A stretch of 64,000 nt of DNA from assembly GCA_964580065.1 (NCBI GenBank), contig CAZOJE010000001.1, positions 87,717-151,716 on the forward strand. The letters run 5' to 3'. This document shows positions 18,344 to 28,000 of this stretch, one piece after another (the first letter of the stretch is position 1; the number at the start of each line of letters is the position of its first letter). The DNA comes from an uncultured Candidatus Saccharibacteria bacterium (GTDB taxonomy: Bacteria > Patescibacteriota > UBA1384 > DTJR01). Position numbers and translations under genes: made by a program. The notes beneath the pieces were generated by a model, which ran no database searches, was not told the DNA's origin, and was given only the letters and a program-made list of their open reading frames with translations.

Positions 18344-19650
18344 TTTATTGCCGATGTAGAAAATCCGCCGACCAATCCGTAAATTGGTAAAATTACCGAC
18401 AAGGCGACAAAAACGACTACTAGCCATATCACGACTAAAAGAATCGGTTCCAGAATGACGGCAAGATTTTTTGTTGAAATATCGGTTTTTTCTTCATACA
18501 TTTCGCCGATTGACATTAGTGATTCTTTCAAGCTGCCTGATTGTTCACTGGTAATAATCATCTGCTGGATAGGAAAGGGAATCAACCGCTCGGTTTTTTT
18601 ATACATTGAAAAACATTTTTGAAATGAGTTGCCTTCTTCTACCATGTCGCGCAAAAAAACATAAAATTTTTGATATTCCAAAAACGAAGATATTTCCCGA
18701 AGCGAATCAAGCGAAGCGACAAGGGGCATGCCGGCGTCGAGAAGATTGCCCAAAGTGTAACCAAAACGAGAAAGTTCGATTTCCTGAACGAGGGAATTAA
18801 TGCCCGGTATGGCAAAAATAATTTTTTGACCAATGAATTTAGTTTTTTTATAGCCAAAAAGAAAATAAATTACCAAAATTGAAAAAACTATGAAAATAGG
18901 GATAACGGTAATGCCGTGCTTGCCTAAAAATTTGCCAAAGTTAATTAAAATCTTTGTGATAAGAGGCAATTCCATTCGCATAGAATCAAAAACTTTGGCT
19001 AGATTAGGCAAAATAAACCAAGCAATACCGATGCCAATAACGAAAGTCAAGCATAAAACAGCCACAGGATACATTAAGGCCGAAAAAAGTTTTTGACGAA
19101 AAAGACGCTCTTTTTGAGTTTGAATGGAAATGACTTTGAGATTAGCGGGAAGGCGACCAGATTCTTCGCCGATTTTAATTAAAGCAATGGCGTGATTGGA
19201 AACGAGACCGGTGTTATCAAGAGCCCGCCAAATAGGCGAGCCGTCATCAATTTGCACTTTTAAATCATCAACGATTTGCTTCATGATTTTTGAGCGCAAG
19301 CCCGATTTTATAGCTTCAAGAGCGGCGGTAATGTTCATGCCGGAGGCCAAAAGCATCGAAAGATTTTCCATAAAGTAATCGCGCTCTTTGCCTAAGCCGA
19401 GATTTGAAAACGCCGAGCGCTTCTTGAACTTTCCTTCTTGCGGCTTTTGATCTGGCTTGGCTTTGGACTTTTTTTCTGGCTGATCTGGATCTACTTGTGA
19501 ATTTTTCTCCGATTTGACTTCTTGTTTTTCTTCAGGTTTGTCTTCAGGTTTTTCTTCTAATTTTCCTACTTGCTTTTCTTCTGGATTTTTCGGAGTGTTT
19601 TCGCCTTCGTTTTCCGCGACTTGGTCGTTTTTTTTGATTTCTTCGTCCAT
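18340..19650 (-). CDS. pilC: T2SSF/PilC platform protein
   Basis: LSMLLASG, GEESGRL, ALMYP, LEPILL; long acidic N-terminal extension. Confidence 0.9.
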   Translation of the reverse strand: MDEEIKKNDQVAENEGENTPKNPEEKQVGKLEEKPEDKPEEKQEVKSEKNSQVDPDQPEKKSKAKPDQKPQEGKFKKRSAFSNLGLGKERDYFMENLSMLLASGMNITAALEAIKSGLRSKIMKQIVDDLKVQIDDGSPIWRALDNTGLVSNHAIALIKIGEESGRLPANLKVISIQTQKERLFRQKLFSALMYPVAVLCLTFVIGIGIAWFILPNLAKVFDSMRMELPLITKILINFGKFLGKHGITVIPIFIVFSILVIYFLFGYKKTKFIGQKIIFAIPGINSLVQEIELSRFGYTLGNLLDAGMPLVASLDSLREISSFLEYQKFYVFLRDMVEEGNSFQKCFSMYKKTERLIPFPIQQMIITSEQSGSLKESLMSIGEMYEEKTDISTKNLAVILEPILLVVIWLVVVFVALSVILPIYGLVGGFSTSAIK

Positions 19651-19653
19651 AAT

Positions 19654-21312
19654 TTATTTTTCCGGCGGCGAGGCAACCCTAAGCAGTTCTTCAATAGTTG
19701 TCAGCCCCTTCTTTACTTTTTCAATGCCATCATCAAATAAAGGTTTCGAACCTTGTTTGGCAGCGTATTCCCAAATTTCTTTTGTCGAAGGATTTTTTAA
19801 AATCAGCTCTTGCATATCGGGTGAATTATAAATAAATTCAAAAATCGCTGTACGACCAGAATAACCCTTATTGCCACAGGCGTTGCACCCCTTACCTTTA
19901 AAAAGGGTGATTTTTCCACTACCAAAATATTTTTCCGCATCAGGTAAAATTTTGGCTATTTCAGAAATTTCAACTTCTTCACTATAGCGACATTGTTCAC
20001 AAACTTTTCGCACCAAGCGTTGAGCGGCAACCAGCTGTAGCGTTGAGGCAAGCAAAAACGGTTCAACTCCCATATCAAGAAGACGGGGGATACCGGTAGC
20101 GGCGTCATTAGCATGAAAAGTAGAAAAAAGAAGATGGCCGGTTAAGGCGGCGTTAACAGCAATTTCGGCCGTTTCAGTATCACGAATTTCCCCAACCAAA
20201 ATAATGTCAGGGTCTTGTCTAACGATTGAACGCAACCCCTTCGCAAAAGTGAGGTTAGTTTGGTCGTTAACTTGAATTTGATTGGCGCCGGCAATTTTAT
20301 ATTCAACCGGATCTTCAATCGTGGTGATATTAACTTCGCTGTTGGAAAAGTTTTTTAAAATTGAATAAAGCGTAGTTGATTTACCAGAGCCGGTGGGACC
20401 GACAACCAGGACCATGCCAAATGGCTTTTTAGCGGCGCGCATTAAGAGCTCTTGATCTTGTGTCGAGATACCTAGGTCGGTTAAAGTCAGCCCTTGGACA
20501 TAAACGGCCAACATTCTAATAACAACTTTCTCGCCGTCGATCGTAGGGATAATTGAAACACGCAGATCGACATTGCCTTCCTCGCGTGAATATCGCATCG
20601 AACCGTCTTGAGAAGAAAAATGTTCGTCTACTCTTAAATGGCTCAAGACTTTGATTCTATTTAAAATATTTTCGTAGTTTATTTTTGGGATACGACCGAC
20701 TTCGTGCAAAACACCGTCAATCCTAAACCTAATGACGACTTCTTTTTCTTGCGGCTCAAAGTGAATGTCGGAAGTGTGGCTGGCGAGAGCATCTTCAATA
20801 ATTTCGTCGATAATCTCTGGTGCTACTCTGGTTTGAGAAGCGATTATTTTGGAAAATCGTGTTTCAAGCGATTTTTGGGATTGAACGATACCGGCATCTA
20901 TATCATCAGGAAAAGAAAAAGCAACATTGACTTGTTTGTCTTTAAATATTTCGGCAAATTCGGCTTCTATTTCTTCTTTTTTAGTCGGATTATCTGTGGC
21001 AATAGTGACGTTTTTTTCATTTTCCTCAAATAAAACAACCCTTAGTTTTTTGGCCGACTCTTCGGGAATTTTTAAATTTTGTTCGTGACTGGTTTGACGC
21101 GCCGAAAGTTCAACATAAGGAACATTAAAAAATTCCCCGATCGCCTGACCCAAAATATCCTTAGTCAGCAAATGTTCGGCTAGAAGATAATCAACAATCG
21201 AGCTGTCATTTTTCTTCGCAAATTCATATGCTTTGTCTATATTCTCTTTTTTAGCGTATTCCTGCTTCAAAAGAATTTCGGCGAGTTGATCGTCATCAAT
21301 AAATTTTTTCAT
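19654..21312 (-). CDS. pilB: GspE/PilB assembly ATPase
   Basis: SDIHFEP, GPTGSGKSTT, TIEDPVE, RQDPDIILVGEIRD, tetra-Cys motif. Confidence 0.93.
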   Translation of the reverse strand: MKKFIDDDQLAEILLKQEYAKKENIDKAYEFAKKNDSSIVDYLLAEHLLTKDILGQAIGEFFNVPYVELSARQTSHEQNLKIPEESAKKLRVVLFEENEKNVTIATDNPTKKEEIEAEFAEIFKDKQVNVAFSFPDDIDAGIVQSQKSLETRFSKIIASQTRVAPEIIDEIIEDALASHTSDIHFEPQEKEVVIRFRIDGVLHEVGRIPKINYENILNRIKVLSHLRVDEHFSSQDGSMRYSREEGNVDLRVSIIPTIDGEKVVIRMLAVYVQGLTLTDLGISTQDQELLMRAAKKPFGMVLVVGPTGSGKSTTLYSILKNFSNSEVNITTIEDPVEYKIAGANQIQVNDQTNLTFAKGLRSIVRQDPDIILVGEIRDTETAEIAVNAALTGHLLFSTFHANDAATGIPRLLDMGVEPFLLASTLQLVAAQRLVRKVCEQCRYSEEVEISEIAKILPDAEKYFGSGKITLFKGKGCNACGNKGYSGRTAIFEFIYNSPDMQELILKNPSTKEIWEYAAKQGSKPLFDDGIEKVKKGLTTIEELLRVASPPEK

Positions 21313-21680
21313 TGCCCCTCAAAATATTTTTTGACGTAATCGACGATTCCGGTAATGGTTGTTTCGAACTTTGATAAAAAAGTAATCGCTCCCATTTTCT
21401 TGACCTTCTCAATATCTTCAGGTTGGTCAAGGTTACTCATAACAATTTTAGGTATTTGATTATTTAGCCCGTGTAATTTTTCTAAAAGATCAAAGCCGTT
21501 CATTTGGGGCATTATCAAATCCATCAAGATTAAGTCAAACTTGCCGGTTTTTAGCTGTTCAATTGCTTGTTCTCCGTTTTCGGCAATTTTAACCGAGAAA
21601 CCAGCGTTGTTTAGCTTCAGCTCAAGGATTTCTCTAATCGCCCTGTCATCTTCGACCAGTAGAATTGACTTATTTACCAT
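21309..21680 (-). CDS. Single-domain response regulator (CheY-like)
   Basis: LLVEDD, DLILMDLIMPQMNG, conserved Lys. Confidence 0.92.
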   Translation of the reverse strand: MVNKSILLVEDDRAIREILELKLNNAGFSVKIAENGEQAIEQLKTGKFDLILMDLIMPQMNGFDLLEKLHGLNNQIPKIVMSNLDQPEDIEKVKKMGAITFLSKFETTITGIVDYVKKYFEGQ

Positions 21681-21822
21681 AATAACAATATAATCTTACC
21701 ACATCGCTAATAATGCAAACAGTTTTTGTGTTTTCATCGGCTGATTTGGCTGTTCGGTGGCTTTCGTTTTTGGCGGTAATTATGTAATATTGGTAAAAAT
21801 ATAATATATAGGAAGGAGCAAG

Positions 21823-21942
21823 ATGGACGAAGAAAAAGACAAGCAAACTCAAGAGGAATCCGAAGAAGAAACCGAAGATTCTGAAAATGAGGAAAAACCT
21901 TGTTGCGACGGTAACTGTGAAGGTTGCTGCTGCAATAAATAA
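21823..21942 (+). CDS. 39-aa acidic, Cys-rich small protein (not in the ORF track)
   Basis: MDEEKDKQTQEESEEETEDSENEEKPCCDGNCEGCCCNK; GGAAGGAG RBS at 21811-21818; palindrome follows. Confidence 0.7.
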   Translation: MDEEKDKQTQEESEEETEDSENEEKPCCDGNCEGCCCNK

Positions 21943-21952
21943 AAATAGTTTG

Positions 21953-21986
21953 GGGGGTGTGTTTTTTTTGAAAAAAACACACCCCC
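21953..21986. repeat. 16-bp perfect inverted repeat
   Basis: gggggtgtgttttttt-tg-aaaaaaacacaccccc. Confidence 0.85.
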
Positions 21987-22004
21987 ATTCTATATAATTT
22001 ATAT

Positions 22005-22652
22005 ATGGATAAAATTGAGTATGCTTTAGTGCGAACCAACTCACGCGCTATTTCGATCAGCGTGAAAAATGGAGTAGTGAAAGTGCGATCGCCGCGATTT
22101 TTAAGTAAGTGGTTGATTGATCGTTTTGTTAAAAATAATCTTGCCTGGATCAAGGAGAGTCTAGAAAAAGAAAGCCAAAATCGCCGCACCTATGAAGCAG
22201 GCGATTCTTTTTTATTTTTAAACGAATCTTACACTATCAAATTGGCTTCACAAGAACAAAAAGAAAATATAGTTATTATTGACGACGAGGTTGTATTTAA
22301 TCGTGAAATTCTTTCGCCTAAAGATGCCGCTTTAGATTTTTATCGGGAAAAAACCCTGGAAATGGTTGGGGAATTTATCGGGGCATTCGGTATCGATATC
22401 GAAAGGCGAAAAATTGTTGTAAAATTATATCAGTCAAAATGGGGTAGTCTTTCGGCAAAATCAATCGCTTTTAATTTAAAATTAGCCATGGCGCCAAAAG
22501 AAGTTGTTAAATATGTTGTGGCCCACGAATTGACCCACATTAAAGTTTTTAATCATTCTAAGAAATTTTGGCAAAAATTGGCCGAAATTTATCCAGATTA
22601 TCGTCAACAAAGAAAATGGATCAGAGATAATTCGACAAACTTAAAAATATGA
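22005..22652 (+). CDS. YgjP/DUF45-family zinc metalloprotein
   Basis: SKWGS, YVVAHELTH, NHSKKFW. Confidence 0.9.
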   Translation: MDKIEYALVRTNSRAISISVKNGVVKVRSPRFLSKWLIDRFVKNNLAWIKESLEKESQNRRTYEAGDSFLFLNESYTIKLASQEQKENIVIIDDEVVFNREILSPKDAALDFYREKTLEMVGEFIGAFGIDIERRKIVVKLYQSKWGSLSAKSIAFNLKLAMAPKEVVKYVVAHELTHIKVFNHSKKFWQKLAEIYPDYRQQRKWIRDNSTNLKI

Positions 22653-23398
22653 AAATTATCACTTGGAATATTAACGGATTGCGTTCGGGCTTTGAAAAAT
22701 TGCAGGAATTGGCGGCGGCGGAACGCCCCGATATTATTTGTCTGCAGGAAATAAAAATTTCGCCTGACGATACCCACGACGGCTATAAAAAATTTGCCTC
22801 TTACACGGGCTATTTTTGCCATGCGCAAAAAAAGGGATATTCAGGTGTGGCGATTTATTCTTTGACGAAGCCGAAAAAAATTGATTGTGGGTTGGGTAAC
22901 GACGAAATCGACCGCGAGGGGCGAGCAATCGTGGCCCATTATGATGATTTTGATCTCGTAAATTATTATTTTCCTCACAGCAACCGCGAACTTAGCCGCC
23001 TGCCGTTTAAGGAAAAATTTAATCAAGCATTTTTAGACCATTTGAATAAATTTGATCAAAACCGACTGATTGTTTGCGGCGATCTCAACGTAGCGCATGA
23101 GGAAATCGATTTGGCTCGTCCTAAAGACAATCGAAAAAACGCTGGTTTTACCGATATTGAGCGTCACTGGATGGACAAGATTTTAAATTTTGGTCTTAAA
23201 GATATTTTCCGCGAACTTTATCCCGATAAGGTTCAATATACTTGGTGGTCGAATTTCTTTCACGCCCGTGACAAAAATATTGGCTGGCGTATAGACTATT
23301 TTCTTTGCAACGAAAAGTTTTTTTCTAAAATAAAAGATTGCCGAATTGAAAATAAATATTTGGGTTCGGATCACTGTCCGGTGATTTTAGAGTTTTAA
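22649..23398 (+). CDS. xth: Exodeoxyribonuclease III
   Basis: TWNINGLR, CLQEIK, GDLNVAH, GWRIDY, GSDHCP. Confidence 0.96.
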   Translation: MKIITWNINGLRSGFEKLQELAAAERPDIICLQEIKISPDDTHDGYKKFASYTGYFCHAQKKGYSGVAIYSLTKPKKIDCGLGNDEIDREGRAIVAHYDDFDLVNYYFPHSNRELSRLPFKEKFNQAFLDHLNKFDQNRLIVCGDLNVAHEEIDLARPKDNRKNAGFTDIERHWMDKILNFGLKDIFRELYPDKVQYTWWSNFFHARDKNIGWRIDYFLCNEKFFSKIKDCRIENKYLGSDHCPVILEF

Positions 23399-23402
23399 TC
23401 AA

Positions 23403-23687
23403 ATGAGCGAACTGGAACAGAAAGCAAGATTTATTGGCAAGGATATTTTATTTGTTCTGCGGCTATTTGCTGGATTTGTCTTAATTATTATCGGCACCGT
23501 TGGTCTTATTTTTCCCGTAATGCCGGATTGGATTTTGATTTTAGTCGGAATTGGTTTTTTTGATACGGAAGGGAAACTGCGCAAAAAAATTTTAAAAGTA
23601 GTGCCCAATAAATACCAAAAATCTGTGGCAAAAATTTTGTTTTATGATTTGTATTTGCGGGAAAAGCGCCAACGAGCTCTTAAATAA
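23403..23687 (+). CDS. Small membrane protein (PGPGW-like)
   Basis: Two hydrophobic segments around FPVMPDW; follows xth in an operon. Confidence 0.6.
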   Translation: MSELEQKARFIGKDILFVLRLFAGFVLIIIGTVGLIFPVMPDWILILVGIGFFDTEGKLRKKILKVVPNKYQKSVAKILFYDLYLREKRQRALK

Positions 23688-24783
23688 TTTCGGCGATGAC
23701 ACCACCGCCGATAACTGTGTTACGACTATAAAAAACAATTGACTGGCCCGGTGTGGGGGAAAATACTGGTTTGTCGAATTTAACCAAGGCCGTTTCGTTT
23801 TCGGCAGGGGAGACGGTGCAGACAATTTCTTCCTGATGAAGGCGAGTTTTAGCGCTGGCGGCGAGGGGCTTTTCCAGCTTTTCAACCGAAATCCAGTTTA
23901 AATCCTTGACCTTGAGGGCGGTTTTAAAAAGATCTTCTTTAGGCCCGACAACTACCTCATTTTTTGCTGCGTTGATTTTGGCGACATATAACGGCCCTTG
24001 ACTACTGCTGATTTTAATTCCTTTCCTTTGGCCGATAGTAAAATTGGTAATCCCTTGATGCGTTCCTAATACTTTGCCGTTTTTGTCAACAATATTGCCG
24101 GACGTAACTTTTTTGTCGCGAAAAAATAACGAGTTACTTTTGCACTCAAAAAAGTCTTGGCTTTCTTCTTTTTGAGCAAGTTCGCTAAATCCCGAATCTT
24201 TGGCTAATTGTTTGATTGATTCTTTGGTAAATGAGCCGAGCGGAAAAATAAGTTCGCTTAGTTGCGATTGGCTTAACCGATATAGAAAATATGATTGATC
24301 CTTGGTTTTGTCGGCCGCTTTTTTAAGTAGATAGCGTTTCTTATTTTTATCGTAACTTACCTTGGCATAATGGCCGGTGGCAAAATAATCAAAATCAAGG
24401 CCGGAAAGCCGAGCTTTTTCGAGTAGAAGACCAAATTTAATTTTCTGGTTACACCGGACGCAAGGGTTGGGCGTTTTCCCCTCTAAGTAAGTGGCAATAT
24501 AATTATCAAGAACGTTTTGGCTATATTCTTTTTTTAAATCAACAACGATGTGCTTAATGCCAAGCTTTTTAGCAAATTTTTGAGCCGCTTCGGTATCCTT
24601 TTCTTCGTCTGGGCCATAGCAACCGCTTTTGTGCTGGTCTTTTATTTCAAAACGCCCGTCCCAGATTTTCATGGTCGCGCCAATTACTTCGTAACCTTGT
24701 TTCAATAAAAGTAGGGCGGTCATAGTTGAATCGACGCCACCGCTCATTCCGACTAAAACAGTTTTTTGCGCTTTGTTGTTCAT
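23680..24783 (-). CDS. mnmA: tRNA 2-thiouridine(34) synthase
   Basis: SGGVDS, TPNPCVRCN, ATGHYA, KDQSYFL, TIGQRKG, PGQ. Confidence 0.96.
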   Translation of the reverse strand: MNNKAQKTVLVGMSGGVDSTMTALLLLKQGYEVIGATMKIWDGRFEIKDQHKSGCYGPDEEKDTEAAQKFAKKLGIKHIVVDLKKEYSQNVLDNYIATYLEGKTPNPCVRCNQKIKFGLLLEKARLSGLDFDYFATGHYAKVSYDKNKKRYLLKKAADKTKDQSYFLYRLSQSQLSELIFPLGSFTKESIKQLAKDSGFSELAQKEESQDFFECKSNSLFFRDKKVTSGNIVDKNGKVLGTHQGITNFTIGQRKGIKISSSQGPLYVAKINAAKNEVVVGPKEDLFKTALKVKDLNWISVEKLEKPLAASAKTRLHQEEIVCTVSPAENETALVKFDKPVFSPTPGQSIVFYSRNTVIGGGVIAEII

Positions 24784-25047
24784 AAAATTTGAATGAAAAA
24801 TGGTAAGTGAATTATAGACTATTTTTGATAATAATTCTAGAGTGTACCCATGTATTTACATAGTAAGTTTTTTTACTATATAATTAAAACAATAATCCGA
24901 AGTTGATTTTAATATATGAAGCAAGGAGGGATTATTAAATACATAGTTTTAGCTATTTTTGATGTGCGAAACTATAACCGATTTAAAGGTTCGGATTTTT
25001 GTAAAAGCGCCCAAAACACCTATTAAAGGTGTTTTTATGTTGAAAAA

Positions 25048-28000
25048 ATGAATTCAGATAAACCACAAGATTTAAATCAAATAGAAAACAAAACCCTGTT
25101 TTTTGCTTCGAGGCACGCAGCTTTTTTTAGGTCTCTCGGTCGCTTTGTTCGTAAAGGCGCTCGGATTGGACGGATAAAAGTGGGGCCGAAATCGGTTTTA
25201 GCGGTTTTGTTGGTTGTGTCAATTGCATATATTCTTGCCCCTTTTCAATCTAAAGCCGGCTATAGTTTTCAGGCAAATTATGATGACGGTAGCTTGGACG
25301 CTTATAACGCCCTTGGTTCGAGAACGGCTGGTACCGACACCTCCTTGCCGTCTTTGAACGCTTCCGGTTATAACAGTACCAATTCTTTGTCGTATTCCTA
25401 CGATGGCACCAGCACTCTTAAATACGCTACCGCCTCCAATCTTCCCACTGATAAGGGCTCGGTCGAAATGAAGTTCCAAAAGAGTGCTTATGGCAATAAT
25501 GCCGATCAAGACAAGGGGAGTATGTATCGTCCGTCGGGCATCGCTTACGATCCCGCCACCCAATATATTTATACGGCCGACCGTCAGAACCACCGCATTA
25601 TCAAAACTAAAATTGACGGGACCGACTGGACAACTTTCGGGCATTACGGTACCGGTACGGGGGAATTTAGCTATCCCTCTGATGTGGCCATAGATTCATC
25701 AACGGGATTTATCTTTGTAAAAGACTCGTGTAACGGTAGAGTTGTAAAAACTAAATTTGATGGCACGGGCTGGCAAACTTTGACGGGATTCTCGACTACC
25801 GAATGTAACACTAGAAATCTTGGCTGGTATCACGAAAATGAGCATCGCATTTACTACGATTCAGCCAGTGAATACATTTATTCTGTTAGCGCTGCTGGCT
25901 CAATCGTTAAATCAAAAATTGACGGCACAGGTCGAACCACTCTATCCAGTTTTGGTGGGCATAAAATGCCTGCTGATATATCGGGTCTGACTTATGACAG
26001 CGCTTCGGGTTATCTCTTCGCTACCACTACTAATGGTCATTTAGTGCGGACTAAAGAAGATGGTACAGATTGGTCTGATGTTACTGGACTAAATACTACT
26101 GCTACCGGTAGCATTTTCTACGATCCGGTAAGCACTTATCTGTATATTGCTAACTCCAATAGCGGCCAGATTGTCAAATGCTATTACGATGGTTCAAGTT
26201 GGCAGACTTTGGGCGGTTTTTCCTTCCCTACTAGTGTCTTTGTCGATACCGCCTCTGGCATGATGTATGTGTCAAATTCAAGCGGCCATAATATCATTAA
26301 AACAGCTGATTTCAGCACTACCGGCTGGACGGCTTATGGGAGCTATTATAATAATTTGATGAAGTTTGGTGGAGGCGCGGGGTCTGGCTACGATGATAAT
26401 CCTGGCGTTTCATATGACCCATCAACTGGGTATTTATATATCGCTGACAATCCCAGATGTCGAATTATCAAAACTAAAATGGATGGTACAGGCTGGCAAG
26501 CTTATGGCACCTGTGGCTCAGGTGTTGGCCAATTTAAATATCCGTCCGGTGTATTTTATGACAGTAGCTCTGGCTATATTTATGTGGGAGACCGTGGAAA
26601 CAGTCGGCTTGTCAAAACAAAAATTGATGGCACTGGCTGGACCGCATTGAATGTTAGTGAAGGTTTTATGGGAATTTTTTACGATTCAGCCACTGATTAT
26701 ATATATTATACGGATTATAATTATTTGAAAAAAACGAAAATTGATGGGACGGGATCAGGCTCTTTGGCTGGATTTAATCAACCGATTAATATTTTTTATG
26801 ATATAGCTAGTGATCCCAGCCATGATGGGAGTGGTGATTTTTACATTGCCAATAAAGGAGCCAATAATATTATCAAAACTAAATTTAATGGGACTGGCTG
26901 GACAGCTTACGGTACAAACGGCAGCGGCACAGGACAATTCAGTTCTCCCAAAGGTGTTAGCTACGATTCGTCAACCGGCTTTTTATATGTAAGCGATGCC
27001 GGAAATTATCGCATGGTGAAAACAAAATTAGATGGTAGCTGGACTGGTTGGACGGCTTATGGTGCTAGTGGCGGTGGAACGGGGCAGTTTAATAGCAACA
27101 AATGCTTGAGCTACGATAGTTCGTCTAGCAATCTTTATATTTACGACCAAAATAATTATCGCATTGTAAAAATCAGTGATTCTTTGGATGGCACCGGTTG
27201 GCAGACGACAAGCGATTATACTGCCAAGGAAAAGATTCTCTTCTCTGCTCAAGCTACTGATGATTCGCGATTAGTCTATGATGTTGCTTCGCGCAAATTG
27301 CGCTTTTATCTGGCTTATTCCAATAAAGCCCAATTCGTCGAGACCCCGACGCTTAATCTAACCGATGGCCAGTGGTACACGGTCAAGGCCTCATTCAATA
27401 AAGCCGCTCATACGCTTTCTATCGATCTTGACGGTACCAATCAGGCGACCGCAACTTACGATAGCGATTGGGGCAGCTTAAGCTTTGGCACTTACTTCTA
27501 TATCGGCGCTCGTAATGCTTCGACTACTGATCGTTGGGACGGCATGATTGATGATATAAATGTTGATATTCAGGCAGTTGATACGACCGATCCAGCTAAT
27601 CCGACCGCGGCACATGTTTATTCTTCTTCTGATCTTCAGACTGAATATAATAGTGGCGGCTGGGGTTCGGATAATGATCCGTATATCACTTTTTCCGGAG
27701 CGGCCGACGATGATAGCGGTCTAAAAGGATATTACATATATTTTGGCACTTCTAATGCGGCTGATCCGGTGACAACTTCGGGAGTTTTGGAGTCCGGAGG
27801 TGCTTTTCACTATCAAGACCATTCTGGGGCGGACGATGCTGTCCAAACGGTGCAAGTACCTACCGACGCTTTGGCCGATGGCTCAACATATTATCTTTTA
27901 ATAAAAACACAAGATACGGATTTAAATGTTTCTGATAACGCGGCCGGCTTATTTACTTTTAAATCTGATGTGACAAACCCTAGCGCCAATCCTTCCACTT

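Noticed and set aside
21670-22189. Minus-strand ORFs 21670-22044 and 21734-22189
   Set aside because: Antisense to the 39-aa ORF, the palindrome and the YgjP-like gene; no recognisable motifs
24880-25040. Structured leader or riboswitch before the 1801-aa gene, sharing aagcaaggaggg with 45032
   Set aside because: Only short stems; the shared 12-mer is largely a Shine-Dalgarno core; no known motif recognised
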